From Camelus ferus (lineage: Eukaryota): DNA of 64,000 nt. Positions 1 to 11,252 of this stretch are shown one piece after another. Where the stretch lies: the NCBI RefSeq assembly GCF_009834535.1, contig NC_045696.1, positions 57,848,001 to 57,912,000 of the forward strand, read 5' to 3'. Position 1 is the first letter of the stretch. Each line of letters starts with the position of its first letter. The notes beneath the pieces are model-generated. The model made no database searches, was not told the DNA's origin, and saw only the letters and a list, made by a program, of their open reading frames with translations. Made by a program: the position numbers and the translations under genes.

Positions 1-475
1 AAGGGCTGGGAGTAAATAAGAGAAAAAGTGGTGAGATCAGAGTTGAAGATGGACAACAGAGACCACAGAAACAATTAAGAATTCTGTTCTAAAGGCAACA
101 GGGTTTTAGGCAAGGGAATGATGTAACAATTAATTTTTCAAAAGATAACTTTAGCTGCTATGTGGAGAATGAATTAGAGAGGAGAATGTAAACAGGGTGA
201 CCATTCAGCAGACTACTATGGTGGGCGAAGCAAGAGAGAAAGATAGTTTAGGAGGCAGCAGTAGAATCAGGGGGAGGAAGTTGGATTCAGGATATATTTT
301 GAAGATAGAGCTTAGAATGAATTGCTGATGAACTGGTGATGGGAGATGATAAAGGAAATAGGAGGACTTTTAAGGTGTGAGACCTGAGGATGTTAGTGCC
401 ATTAACTAATGGTGGGGAAGAGAGGGGTGGATGAAAAGACCTGGAAGAAGTGGGAAGATCAAGAGTTCTATTCTG
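1..475 (-). mobile_element. Ancient L2 LINE fragment (continues ~770-1430 after an L1M 3' insertion)
   Basis: Purine-rich L2-type text (gctgctatgtggagaatgaattagagggag...ggattcaggatatattttgaagatagag...tgccattaact). Recognised by eye; boundaries approximate. Confidence 0.6.
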
Positions 476-1704
476 ACTCAGGATATTTTATGATACTTAG
501 GATTATTGTTAATTGTATGTGATACTGGTATTGTGTTTAAAATTGTAATCTTTTAGAAATAAAGACTGAAACATTTACAGAAAAAAAGATCTATCTAGAA
601 TGTGCTTCAAAATAATCTTGTTAGGATGGGGAAAGTGGTAGTATACAAATGAAACAAGAGTGGCCATGAACTGATTTTGGAGCTGAGGGATGGGTACACA
701 AGGATTCATGGTATTCTTTACCCTTTTGTGTAGTCTGAAATTTTGCATAACAAAAAGTTCTATTTTGAACATGTTAAGTTTGAGATGTCTGTTAGATATG
801 AGCAGAAGAGTTAAGTAGAAAGGTGAATATACCAGTCTGACACTGAAACAGGCTTAAGTTATATTAACAAATTAATGTTATTTAAAGCCATGAAACAAGA
901 AGAGATCACTGAGGGAGATTGTAGGGAATAAAGGGGGTCAACAATCAAGAAGGAACTCTAGCATCTAAAACCACAAGAGAAAGACTGATGTCACAAAAGG
1001 AGAAAGGTTTCAAGGGGGCAACTGTCAACTGTGTTGAATGTTACTAGGAAGTCAAGAAAGATGTTGACAGAAATGACTTTTAGATTTAGCAGAGCGGAAA
1101 TCATGGGTGATCTTGACAAGAGTCATTTAAATAAAGTGTTTAATGGACTGAAAAGTTAATGTGGCTTAAGTATGAAGAGTAAGAGAAAGCATGGTGTAAA
1201 ATTAGGCCCACCATTGTAGGTCACTTTACAGGACTTTAGTCTTTTTCATGAGAACAGAAAAACCAATGAAGTGTTTTAAGTACAGTGGAGTTACATGATC
1301 AGATTTGTATTCTGAAATGATTGCTTAGGTTAAAGTACTCAAGTATGGAAAATGGATTAGAGAGGAACAAGAGTAGATGCAAAGAGATTATTAGGAGACT
1401 GATTCAGCAATCCAGGTGAAAGATTATATATCTTGACATTTCCTAGAGCTTTTATTTACTTTGAACTTTAACCAGTTTTGACTCTGCTCATTAGCTATAT
1501 AGCCAAGTTTCCCTCCAATAAAACAATTTAGACATACTGTTAAGTTCTTTAAACAGTAATGGGAATTTATCAGCATTAACTAGGTAATGAATTAATCAAT
1601 TTCATAGTCTTACCAATGGAACCTACAATTGTGAATTTTCAAATATATCATTTCTCTGTGTGCTAAAGAATCATCAATACATGGCCTAAAGCTTGGCTTT
1701 TAAT

Positions 1705-1877
1705 ATGGTAGACATGCCATATGAGGTTATTTTAATTAAAATTAAATGAAATTTAAAATTTAGTTTTGCAGTTGTTCCTAGCTACATTTCAAGTGCCCAA
1801 GAGCCACATGTTGCTAGTGGCTGTCATACTGGGTAGCACAAATTTCCACCATCACAGGAAGTTCTACTGGACAGTAT
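1705..1877. mobile_element. MER3/MER33-like hAT-Charlie DNA transposon relic
   Basis: Diagnostic text ctagctacatttcaagtgcccaagagccacatgttgctagtggct...atttccaccatcacaggaagttctactggacag. Confidence 0.65.
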
Positions 1878-4088
1878 TAAACTCAAGATAATACATTGAC
1901 AATCTCTAAACTGATAATGTACTTGTTCAGGAATTGCTGAGAACTGTAAGCTTTCTTAAATGTCACAGGAAAGATATCAGAAAAGCTAAAGATAAGGGAA
2001 AAAAGGGTAAGGCTCAAGGAAGGAATTCCTTGCAAAATCGTAAAAGAAGGAAGAGAACTATAAACCACCTCTCCAGGTACAAATTTCTTTACAGTACAAA
2101 AAGTGCCATAGCTCTTAAGGCAACTCCAAGAGGGTCTAGAGAAAAGCTTGGGCAGCCCCACAGACTGAGAGCAGATGAAGGTGAAGGCGGGCACAAAAGT
2201 ACTGCCATTAAATCATGTGTATCACTCATAAGGAATTACCGACTACCTATCTGATACGTAGCTCCAAAGGCATACATTCTCTCTCACAAATTCACCAAAA
2301 AAAACCCAAAAACCAAAAAACAAAAAAACCCCAGAAAACAGCCCTGAACAGATATCATACAATAAACTGCAACACAAGTCCACAGAGATAATAAAGAAAT
2401 ATACACAGTTCAGTGGCTCTTTGAAGACTACAACTTTGTATATGACCCAGAACCCTAATCAGCTTCTAAATGTCAAAGCATAGCAAAAGGTAAGTCTCCA
2501 AACTTTCTAGTACCTCCAACTTCCCCTATCTTTCATCCTCCTCAAAACAAGAAGATTCTGATATATTATGAATCTAATTTTAGGCTGACCCTTTAAAATT
2601 ATGCATTTTATGTATTACCTGTAACTGTGGGGTGAAAATCTCACCCTCTTGGAAGGCAATTTCAGTACTGAAGGACTGACCATATCTAGTAGCAGGGAGG
2701 GGTAGAGAAAAGTTTATATTGCCCCTACAATTATACTATATTCCTAAGGTTACTTCCTAGGTAAATTCCTTTTATGATTTTGGGAAGCTTTTAGAGTATA
2801 CGGAGGGTGGTAAAAGGCCTATTACATTACAGTACAATTAAAATGTACTCCATAGAATGATTTGGAATTTCTTAACCTATCATTTCCTCACTCTCTGCCT
2901 GAAGGTACCCAGAAGTAGATCCCATTCACAGGGTGCTCTTTTCAGACAGATATGTTCCTCAAATCCTATTTTTGTAACAATGCTCACACTATGCTTCCCC
3001 TAAGCCAGAAATACAGACTTGCTAGCAACTGCCAGAGTCCTCTGCAATCCGCTGCACTCCCAGGTCCGAGAACAGAGAGCAGCTAGGCATGTTGCAAAAG
3101 AAACCATCACTGTTGCTAGAAAATAGTCTATTTAGTCTTCACCTAATTACCAAACAACTCAAAATCAATTGTGTGTAAATAAATAAATATTCCTAACAGA
3201 AATATCAAGACTAAAACATACTAGGAAGGAATATTTATTTGATTTTGCTCAGGTGATATATGTCATGGGTCTCAGACAGGGTCAGGAAGAAGGGATTTCA
3301 GGGTGTCAGAAAGAGGGAAAAAGGCACAGAAACGACGAAACATCATGTGTTCAGGGAAAAGCAGGCCTTTGTGGCTGGACAGCAGAGTTCAAATGTATGT
3401 TCGAAGAGGTGGGGGTTGGGGAGAGAGAAATATGTATGAATAAGGGCGGTGGTGAGAGATATAACTAGGTAGAGCCATTCTGGGATTGAATTTTTAAAGG
3501 AGGTGTATGCCATGCTAAGTAGTTTTGATCTAGTCATATTATCCTGAAAATAGATGCTTGGTTCAGAGTCTAATACTTAGAAGGTAACAGTATGAAGCCA
3601 CAGCATTATGGAGATTAGACTGGAGGGGAGATGCATTAGAGAAAGCAAAGACTAAAGATAAGGAGAACTACAGCAAAGCTAACTGCAAAAATGATAGGGC
3701 GTGAACAAACTGGCAGTAGAGGTGAGTCTTCCTGAAGTATCTCTTTGATCTTTTCACCCCCTCTGCTCAGAAATGACTCCCTAGCCTCACACTTTGCATT
3801 CAAGGCCTTTTATAACCTGGTTCCAATCTTCTGTGTAATCCCAAAGTGCCCTTGTACAAATTCTGAATTCCAGTAATTTCCCCCCAATATATAAAACTTT
3901 CTGCCTACATACTGTTCCTTCTACCTGGAATTCCCCTGTTCCTATTCACCTAAGGCCCAAATCAAACTACCATCTCTTGACTTATTTCTCTCTAAACTGT
4001 TACAGCATTGTGTTCATATTCTCAGTTATCTTCTACATGTTTTATATCCTGCCCAGTCTCCCCAAATGCCTGGTACCTAGAAGGTATC

Positions 4089-4325
4089 TGTTATGGACTG
4101 AATTGTGTCCCCCTCAAAATTCATATGTTGAAGCCCTAACACCCAATGTGACTATATTTGGAGATAAGGCCTTTAGGGAGGTAATTAAGATTAGACGAGG
4201 TCATAAGGGTGGGACCCTAATCCCATAGAATTTTTGTCCTTGTAAAAGGAAGAGATACTAGAGGTCTCTCTCCCTCTGTGCACAAAGAGGTCATGTGAGG
4301 ACATAATGATGAGGTAGCAACTTAC
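4089..4325 (+). mobile_element. MLT1-family MaLR LTR, 5' portion
   Basis: Begins TGTTATGGACTGAATTGTGTCCCCTCAAAATTCATATGTTGAAGCCCTAAC...gtgactatatttggagataaggcctttag, the typical MLT1A/B start. Confidence 0.75.
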
Positions 4326-5741
4326 TTTGGGAGAAAAAAAAAAAGGTGGCTTGAGGGATAAATTGATGGATGCATATGTGATTTAGTAAAACAGCAAATC
4401 ACTGATTGTAGAATCTAGACAGTGGGTACATGAGTGTTCATTGTAAAATTCTTTCAACTTTTCTATAGTGTTTGAACATCTTCTTAATAAAACTGGAAAA
4501 AATGTACCTAAACCTTTATAATAAAAAATACATGATTTCCTGTTTCTCTTCCACAGTATTCAGTGCAGTGCTTTTCAAATATTAGGTACTTATATATAAA
4601 ATGTAATGGTTTCATAGCTCTAAAAATACAGATTTTGCTTAATAATTTGTGAGTATGCCAGTTAACCACAGTTTATAATTTTACAAAATTCATTTAAACC
4701 TAAATGTTATATAAAATTTTACACTTTAAAATATTTTTTTACATTTCTATGCCTCCAAGGCAGCAGGGGCAAATACGGTCACACTCATTTACAATGAGGT
4801 TAAATGATATGCCAAGGTCAGCTCTGGAAAACCAGATCTTCTGACTTTTAACCCAGGGTATTCGCCATTATAACTTACACATTTGGAAAATTCCTAGATA
4901 AACAATCTAAAAACTTCTCCAGGTTTCACTAATGAGACTCATTTTATGATCTTTTAATTTCCATTATCTCTGCAGATGAAATGGTTCTGGAAGACAGGTT
5001 AGCTTTTGCCCCACTAACAACGTCTCATCTAACCTTCAAAAGAAAAATCAAAGTGTCCTTTAAGCACTGTTGGATGTTTCAACAGCTAAGAGATCCTTTG
5101 AAATTTGGTTTTAGAGATTCAAATAATTATAAGAGATGGAAGCTGTTTCAAATGTTACTTAACATAACCTTATTTTACAGATTCAAAAGTTAATTCTGGA
5201 AGGGGATAAGTGATTAGCTCAAGATCCCAAAGCTGTTAATGTCAGTAGTACTAAAACCCAGAACATCTAATTCCCTAACCTGGATTCTTTCTTTAAGACT
5301 ATCATCCTTCAATTATCTGAGCTCATTAACTCAAGTTAAATCACAGTACTAAAGTGACAAGACCAAGGATACAAATGAACCGGTTAACCTTAAATATTCC
5401 GTAAACTTTAGAATCCAACAGTCTTTTTTCCATCTAAGCTTTTTACAAATATTTGTATTTCTTGGGTACTTTGATCACACTTGAAGTCCACTGCTGTTGT
5501 GCTGATGATCTAATCTGCACTGCTGATGTGGTGAAGGTGCATATAATGTAAAGATCCCACTTAAATTCCTTTGGCCAGATGATGTTTCTCAAATAATTCA
5601 GTCTGTTGAGATTATCTTCAAGAATATCCGTCCCTACAAAACCACTCAAAGCACAAAGCTTACTACAGATAGGTAAATGATACGTGAAATGATTTTTCCG
5701 TATCTTTAGTTAAAAATACGTTTGTAAAATCATGATTTTTA

Positions 5742-5878
5742 TTTTTTATTTTTGCAGGGGAAGGAGGGGTAATTAATTTTGTTTGTTTCTTTGTTTGTTT
5801 TAATGAAGATACTGGGGATTGAACCCAGGACTTCGTGCATTCTAGGCATATGCTCTACCACTGAGCTATACTCTCCCC
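5742..5878 (-). mobile_element. tRNA-derived SINE (camelid Vic-1-like)
   Basis: The reverse strand reads GGGGAGAGTATAGCTCAGTGGTAGAGCATATGCCTAGAATGCACGAAGTCCTGGGTTCAATCCCCAG (A and B boxes), then an A-rich tail. A 15-bp TSD AAATC(A/G)TGATTTTTA lies at 5727-5741 and 5879-5893. Confidence 0.85.
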
Positions 5879-6259
5879 AAATCGTGATTTTTAAATTCAA
5901 CTCTTTATCTAGACTGGAGCACATTTATGCCTACATTGGAACAAACAAACAACTTTGGTCAAAATCCAGACCCCTGTTCTTTAATTCATGGGTTAATAAC
6001 TCCCCCTAGGCCTCTTGGTGTTTGAATATACAAAGGATACAGCCTTTTTCTTAAATGTTACATTTTCTCTAATGGTTAGGAAGGAGGGTACCAGAGCAGG
6101 TACTAGAATTAATTGTCCCTCCAAGGCCCCATCAAAATAGTAAAACTTGTACCAAGTTTGTTTGTTTGTTTAACCAAGTAAATAGACTCTCCCTCACTTT
6201 TTTCCTCTACTACAAATGCTAACTTAAAGTATGAAGGGAATGGCAGAGGCTAAGAACTG

Positions 6260-6720
6260 AGTGCAGGGGATGGCTAAAAGGTTGTTACGAACCCTACCCA
6301 CCCCGCCCAAAGTCGACTTTACCACCGCGGAACCACCCAGAGTTTCTGGGTACAGTCACTCAAGGCCCGGGAGGCGCAGGGAGGCGCAGGGAGACCATGA
6401 CCCCAACGGAGCAGCCTCGCTTCCTAAGGCCAAGCCTGCGCCCCCATGACCTCCAACGGCTCGAAAAAGGAGTCTTGGATTGCCCGCTTCTGCCACAGCT
6501 GCTCCGCACTCCCTCCCAGGACAGAGCAGGGAACGCGGTTCGGGGGGCAAAAGGAGGGGCACGTCTGCCACATGAGGAAAACCCCATTACCTGGAACTCA
6601 GCGAACTCCTCACAGTTCACACCGCCACTGGGCGCCGCCATATTGGACGAGCAAGAGGCCCCCGCCGCGAGCCAATCACCGCGGAGCAAAGGTGCCCGCG
6701 GTGCCGCCTAACAAAAAATA
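6260..6720. promoter_or_regulatory. CpG island / promoter of MIX23, with CCAAT box (6672-6676) and a YY1/TISU-like motif over the ATG
   Basis: CpG-dense, GC-rich block around exon 1; contains gagccaatca and gccgccatatt. Confidence 0.75.
6591..6641 (-). CDS. MIX23: MIX23 (CCDC58) coding exon 1, mitochondrial intermembrane-space import factor; remaining exons not found in the window (presumably to the left)
   Basis: Encodes MAAPSGGVNCEEFAEFQ, the recognised CCDC58 N-terminus, followed by donor CAG|GTAATG in phase 0. Synteny with FAM162A, WDR5B and KPNA1. Confidence 0.95.
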
Positions 6721-7439
6721 TTGAGGGGAATCTCAGCGGGAAAGCTGAGCTCAATGCTTGTCTTTTCTCCTGTTCCTCCCCCACATCGAAACTCGTAGCG
6801 CTGCTATCCTTCTTTCCATACCTATGCCTTTAACATGTCTTCCTGGAACTGGCCCAGATCGAAGAATGTCAGAATTTGAAGGGATCGTTTTACTTCAATT
6901 CCACTTTCTTACAGAAAGGTAAATAATTTTCTGGTCGCACCAACCAGGGCGTTGGAGGAGGAAATCTAAAGTAGAAAGTGAAGCTTTTCTTAATCCTCCC
7001 ATCCTGTCCCTAAAGCAGACGGTTCTTTGTTCTTTAAGGTTTTGGGCCCACCCAGAAATGTCAAGAAAAAATACTTCTAGCACTGTGGGATAAGGGTTGA
7101 AAGGGGTGTTTAGGTGTGGAAATAATGTTTAGTTTTTTTTTTTTTTAATAGGCAAATAGAAGACCAAACAGGAAGGTTATATGTCAATTTTTCGGGTAGC
7201 CGTAGAAATACTCCCCAAACCAGTAAGAAGTGAAGGCAACTGGTTACTAGGAACCCAAGTATGTAGTTTTAATAAAGGCATACATGTATTTATTTGAAAC
7301 ACTGAAAAACAGTGTATTGAAATACTGGTTTATCTATAAAGTATGATTTCAGGGTCTACAATTCACAGAAGTCCTACAATATGTACATTACCTTTCTTCT
7401 ATTTTAAATGAGTACTTTATGCAAATGCACAGAATAATA

Positions 7440-7900
7440 TCGCAAAGGCCAACGACACCCACATTCCAGAAGGGCATCCTTAAGAACGCGCCCAAGTTGC
7501 AGGGCCGCGCCCGGCGGGGCACGCTGCCCGCACTTTCTGAGAGCCACGCACGACCCACACGTTCTGCGCGTCACGCACGCCCCCGGAGGCCCCGCCCCCC
7601 GCGCCACGCTCGACCCGCTCGCTCCACCCTCACACCCCACAGGCCCCGCCCCCCCAGTGCGACTATCGTCCTTCCCTTCGCGGTGCTCAGTGACATTGAA
7701 CGCACACGCGCCACCGCCGCCCCTGGGGCCCAGTGCTGGTCGGCGGAGTAGGCGGCCATGGGGAGCCTCCGCGGCCTGCGCCTGGCGGCTGGTGAGACGC
7801 GGGCCTGGCTGGGGCGGGCGGGAAGCCAGCTCGGCCTCTGGGGGTGGAGGAATCCTGCAGCCTCCTCAGGCCTGCGTGATAATTGCTCTGTTCCATTACG
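7440..7900. promoter_or_regulatory. CpG island / promoter of FAM162A with GC boxes and clustered RCGTG (HRE-core) motifs
   Basis: CpG-rich; ccccgcccc GC boxes near 7590 and 7645; seven CACGY cores between 7520 and 7709. Confidence 0.75.
7758..7791 (+). CDS. FAM162A: FAM162A (HGTD-P) exon 1
   Basis: GCCATGG Kozak; MGSLRGLRLAA plus 1 nt; donor G|GTGAGA, phase 1. Confidence 0.93.
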
Positions 7901-10900
7901 CACTCCCTCAGGTAGCTCGGATTCCTACCTCCCGGTAGTAATAATGGGAAGTAGCAAGGGCTGAGCACCTGGTAGGCAGACACTGGGGGCTAGCCAGGAC
8001 TGACCCTCCCACCTGGTTCTTCACCCACCCAGCTCCCGCCAACCTAACCAGCCCTTACTCCCCGGTCACTTTCCCTACTCCCTAGTCTGTCTGAGCTCAA
8101 TTCTTAATGCACCTGCCATCCCGAGAACTCCATTGCCTGATTCATTCAGCTTTCCACCTAACCTCTCCTGTCCGATAGCCTACTTGAGTCCTGAGTTTCT
8201 CCAGACTCCTTCCCCACCCCCATCATCTCTAGAGTTTATTCCTGCCCTCAGAGAAAACCTCGAGTCTAGGGTTTCCTATCCATTTGGCATCTGATTGGGC
8301 AAGGGATTTAAGGTCTCACAGAATAATAGTAATTGTTTTCTGAAAATGGGAGATACATTTCTTTTAAATAATTCTACAGTAAGGTGCTTTGAATATCTTG
8401 GAAGAAAGTGTTACGTAAATACAGGAGCTGCGGTTTGTTTTCCTAGGGGACATTTGTGTAATAACTATTTGGAATCAGAGCTTAATTTGCATTTGGGGGA
8501 AACCAATAGACCCTTTGCTTAGTAGGGCAGAGAAATCCGCCTCTTGGCTCTTTTCTAGGCACCAGCAAATTACTCTTTTGTTCACCTTTATGAACTTTGA
8601 TAAGGTGTAATGATCAATTCCTTAGTACCAAATTACTAAAAAGTTGTTTAATTCAAATTTTAAAGGCAGAATCGCCCAAACTTGGCTATTGAGATAATGT
8701 AACTGTACATTGTAAATGTAAATGTAACAATGTAAAAAAAAAAAGTTACCCTTTACGTGGCTTATTTTGCATGGAGAATGGACTAGAAAACATGTCTCAT
8801 GTCTCAAGTAAATATTATTTACTTACTTAAAAAAAATACCCTCTCCACTAAAAGAGATTGATTTCATTGATTTGTTCAGCTTTGATGGACTAATTCATCT
8901 AAAATCTTTTGTATGCATCCTGTTAACCCTTCCAGCAAGGTAAGTGAAAGAATCATTGCATTGTTTAAAAAAAAAAAAAAGGCCTGTAAAAGGGACTTTG
9001 ACTATGAAACCAAGACTTGTTTGTAAGTAGTTCATCTTCTTGCCTTGAGAATATATTTATGCATTGTAAAGATTCCAAAGTCTGGCTGCAAACTTTAAGA
9101 ACTTTATTATTGGGCACTCAATGAAAACAAAGTTCCCTGAGCAATTTAAGAACAATTTATTTTACTCCAGTTAGATCCGTTAAGGATATTATATGAGCAG
9201 CTCTTCCCAAAGGATCTCTCAGTGTCTCATGTTTTATGAGCAGCTCCAAGCAATCTGCTCTTTCACCCAGTTTTGCCCATTTTATAGCTAAACACTTTGA
9301 CACAAACATTGTTTTACTTGATTGAATTCTCATAATAGCCCTTTTAGGTACGTCTTATTATCCACTCTTTATTTTACAAATGAATAAACATAGGTCTGAG
9401 AGTTAGATGACTTGTCCCAGATGGCTTCACCATAAAATGTTTGAGTCAGGAAGTGAGTCAGTGCCCTCTAACTCTGATACTTGTATTCTTTGCTTTGTTC
9501 AAGCTGCTTGTTCAGATATGTGTGTACGTGTATTTGTTAGGGCTAATTCGGTCTCTTTGGTGTGAAATGGAAGAATAATAAAATGAAGATTTACTTGTGA
9601 ATTGGAAGCACACATTTATATGCAAATAGCTTTAAATAAGAAGACTAATTTAACTGGCAACCTTACCAAAGGAATAGTAGACCAGATAGAAACATCATCT
9701 AGGCATACCTCACTTATCCAGAATATTATTTGAAAGAAGATACTCTAGGTGACTGAAATTTCAAAAAGCCAAGGCTTAATTCTTTAGATGATGGGCCCTT
9801 ATTTTTAATTGTTTCTGTTGGAAATCTTTACTATACTCCTTTAGCGAACAGAATATAGGCTTTTATGATACTGAATTTGTCTACTGTTTTGTAGATGTAG
9901 GTCAGAGTTGTTAACTTCCAGTTCTTGGACCCTTTCACATATGAGAGATCCTATGAACTCCTGAAATTACATTCAGATTTTTATGATTATATGCCTGTTT
10001 GGGGAAGAGAGGGTCCATAGCTTGCATCTGTTACTCAGAGCAATCTGTGCTAAACTAAAAAGCACCTTTGTGATGATTTGGAACTAAATGGCTACTGACC
10101 CACACTACTGTGGGTTCCATGAGGGTAAGGACTGGATGTGTTTTGTTTTTACTAAATCTTCAGCCTTATCAGCCTTACCAGCTCATAATAGATAGGTAAT
10201 AGATAACTTTTTGGAATGATTATTTTTAATAATTTTTTAAATAATTGTTTTAATAATAATTACTTTCTGTATAATAATGAATAGGTCAAAGGAGTGGAAT
10301 GGTGTTACGAGAATGTTTCTTCACACCTTCAGAAAAGACTTACTGCCCTAAACGCCTTTGACTTATTAGCAGGTTTTAACATGAATTTGGATTATTATTA
10401 AACCAATGCAGTAGACCGTGGGCAGCCTCCTTGTCAGTTTAACCCACATCCCAGAGCACTAGAATCTAGAGATAAGTTAGAAGACATGTAGTACCCTAAT
10501 TTTACAGATGAGGAGTCTTAAGTCATCAGGAAGAGAATTGGCTTGCTAAGGGTCACACAAGTACAAAGCTGGGAATACCTCCTGGCTCCCATTCTGATTT
10601 TATGTCCACTACATTCTGCTCCTTCATTGCTCTTTTTGTTTGTTCTTACTAACTAGCCCTAAATGAGTACATGCCCATTTTTACCATTTCATGATAGTCT
10701 TTGGCTTTGCTTTATCACTCCCTCCAAGTCTTGCCAACAGGTTTTTATCAAGCATATGCTGTGTGCCCCGTTCACTATGAAAGCTCTAGAATGAGTGGCC
10801 TGCCACTCTTCCTAAGACTAGAGTTTATTGCAGTGAACAAACAGACCTATATAATATGCCTGGAGAGCTTATACAAGACAGTATAAAGTTCTAGATTGCA

Positions 10901-10921
10901 ACACAGATTTTAAATGCTACT

Positions 10922-11088
10922 CTAGTGTCATGGAGCTGGTTCCTCCTGGTTTTGTGCATATCTCTTCCCAGTTTCACAGTCATGTTACATTGGCAGCTTG
11001 AGATCTGCCATGGTGAGGGTTATTGGCAAACACTACAAATCAGGGCTTTTCCTCATCAACCCCTTACCAAGAGCCAGCATATCACTGG
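10922..11088. mobile_element. MER63-like hAT-Blackjack relic
   Basis: tgtgcatatctcttcccag...ttggcagcttgagatctgccatggtg...gcaaacactacaaatcagggctttt...ccagcatatcactgg resembles the MER63A layout. Confidence 0.6.
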
Positions 11089-11162
11089 CTTTACAAATTC
11101 AGAATAAGGAAAGTAATGTAGGTTAGGGTATCTACTGAAGGCTCTGTTGAAACAGAAGGGAT

Positions 11163-11252
11163 GCTATGTGACTGAAGTATTGTGCTGTACACCAGAAGTT
11201 GGCACAACATTCTAAACTGACTATACTTCAATAAAAATATATTTTAAAAAAA
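11163..11252 (+). mobile_element. Very short 5'-truncated L1 3' tail
   Basis: gtgactgaagtattgtgctgtacaccagaagttggcacaacattctaaactgactatacttcaataaaaa plus A-rich tail; same family as the 22663-23168 copy. Confidence 0.7.

Noticed and set aside
6360..6689. 109-aa ORF suggesting an extended single-exon MIX23
   Set aside because: It begins at a non-ATG codon and reads through a canonical donor at 6591; only 6591-6641 matches the known protein.
7758..7964. 68-aa ORF from the FAM162A ATG
   Set aside because: It is read-through into intron 1 past the phase-1 donor at 7791.
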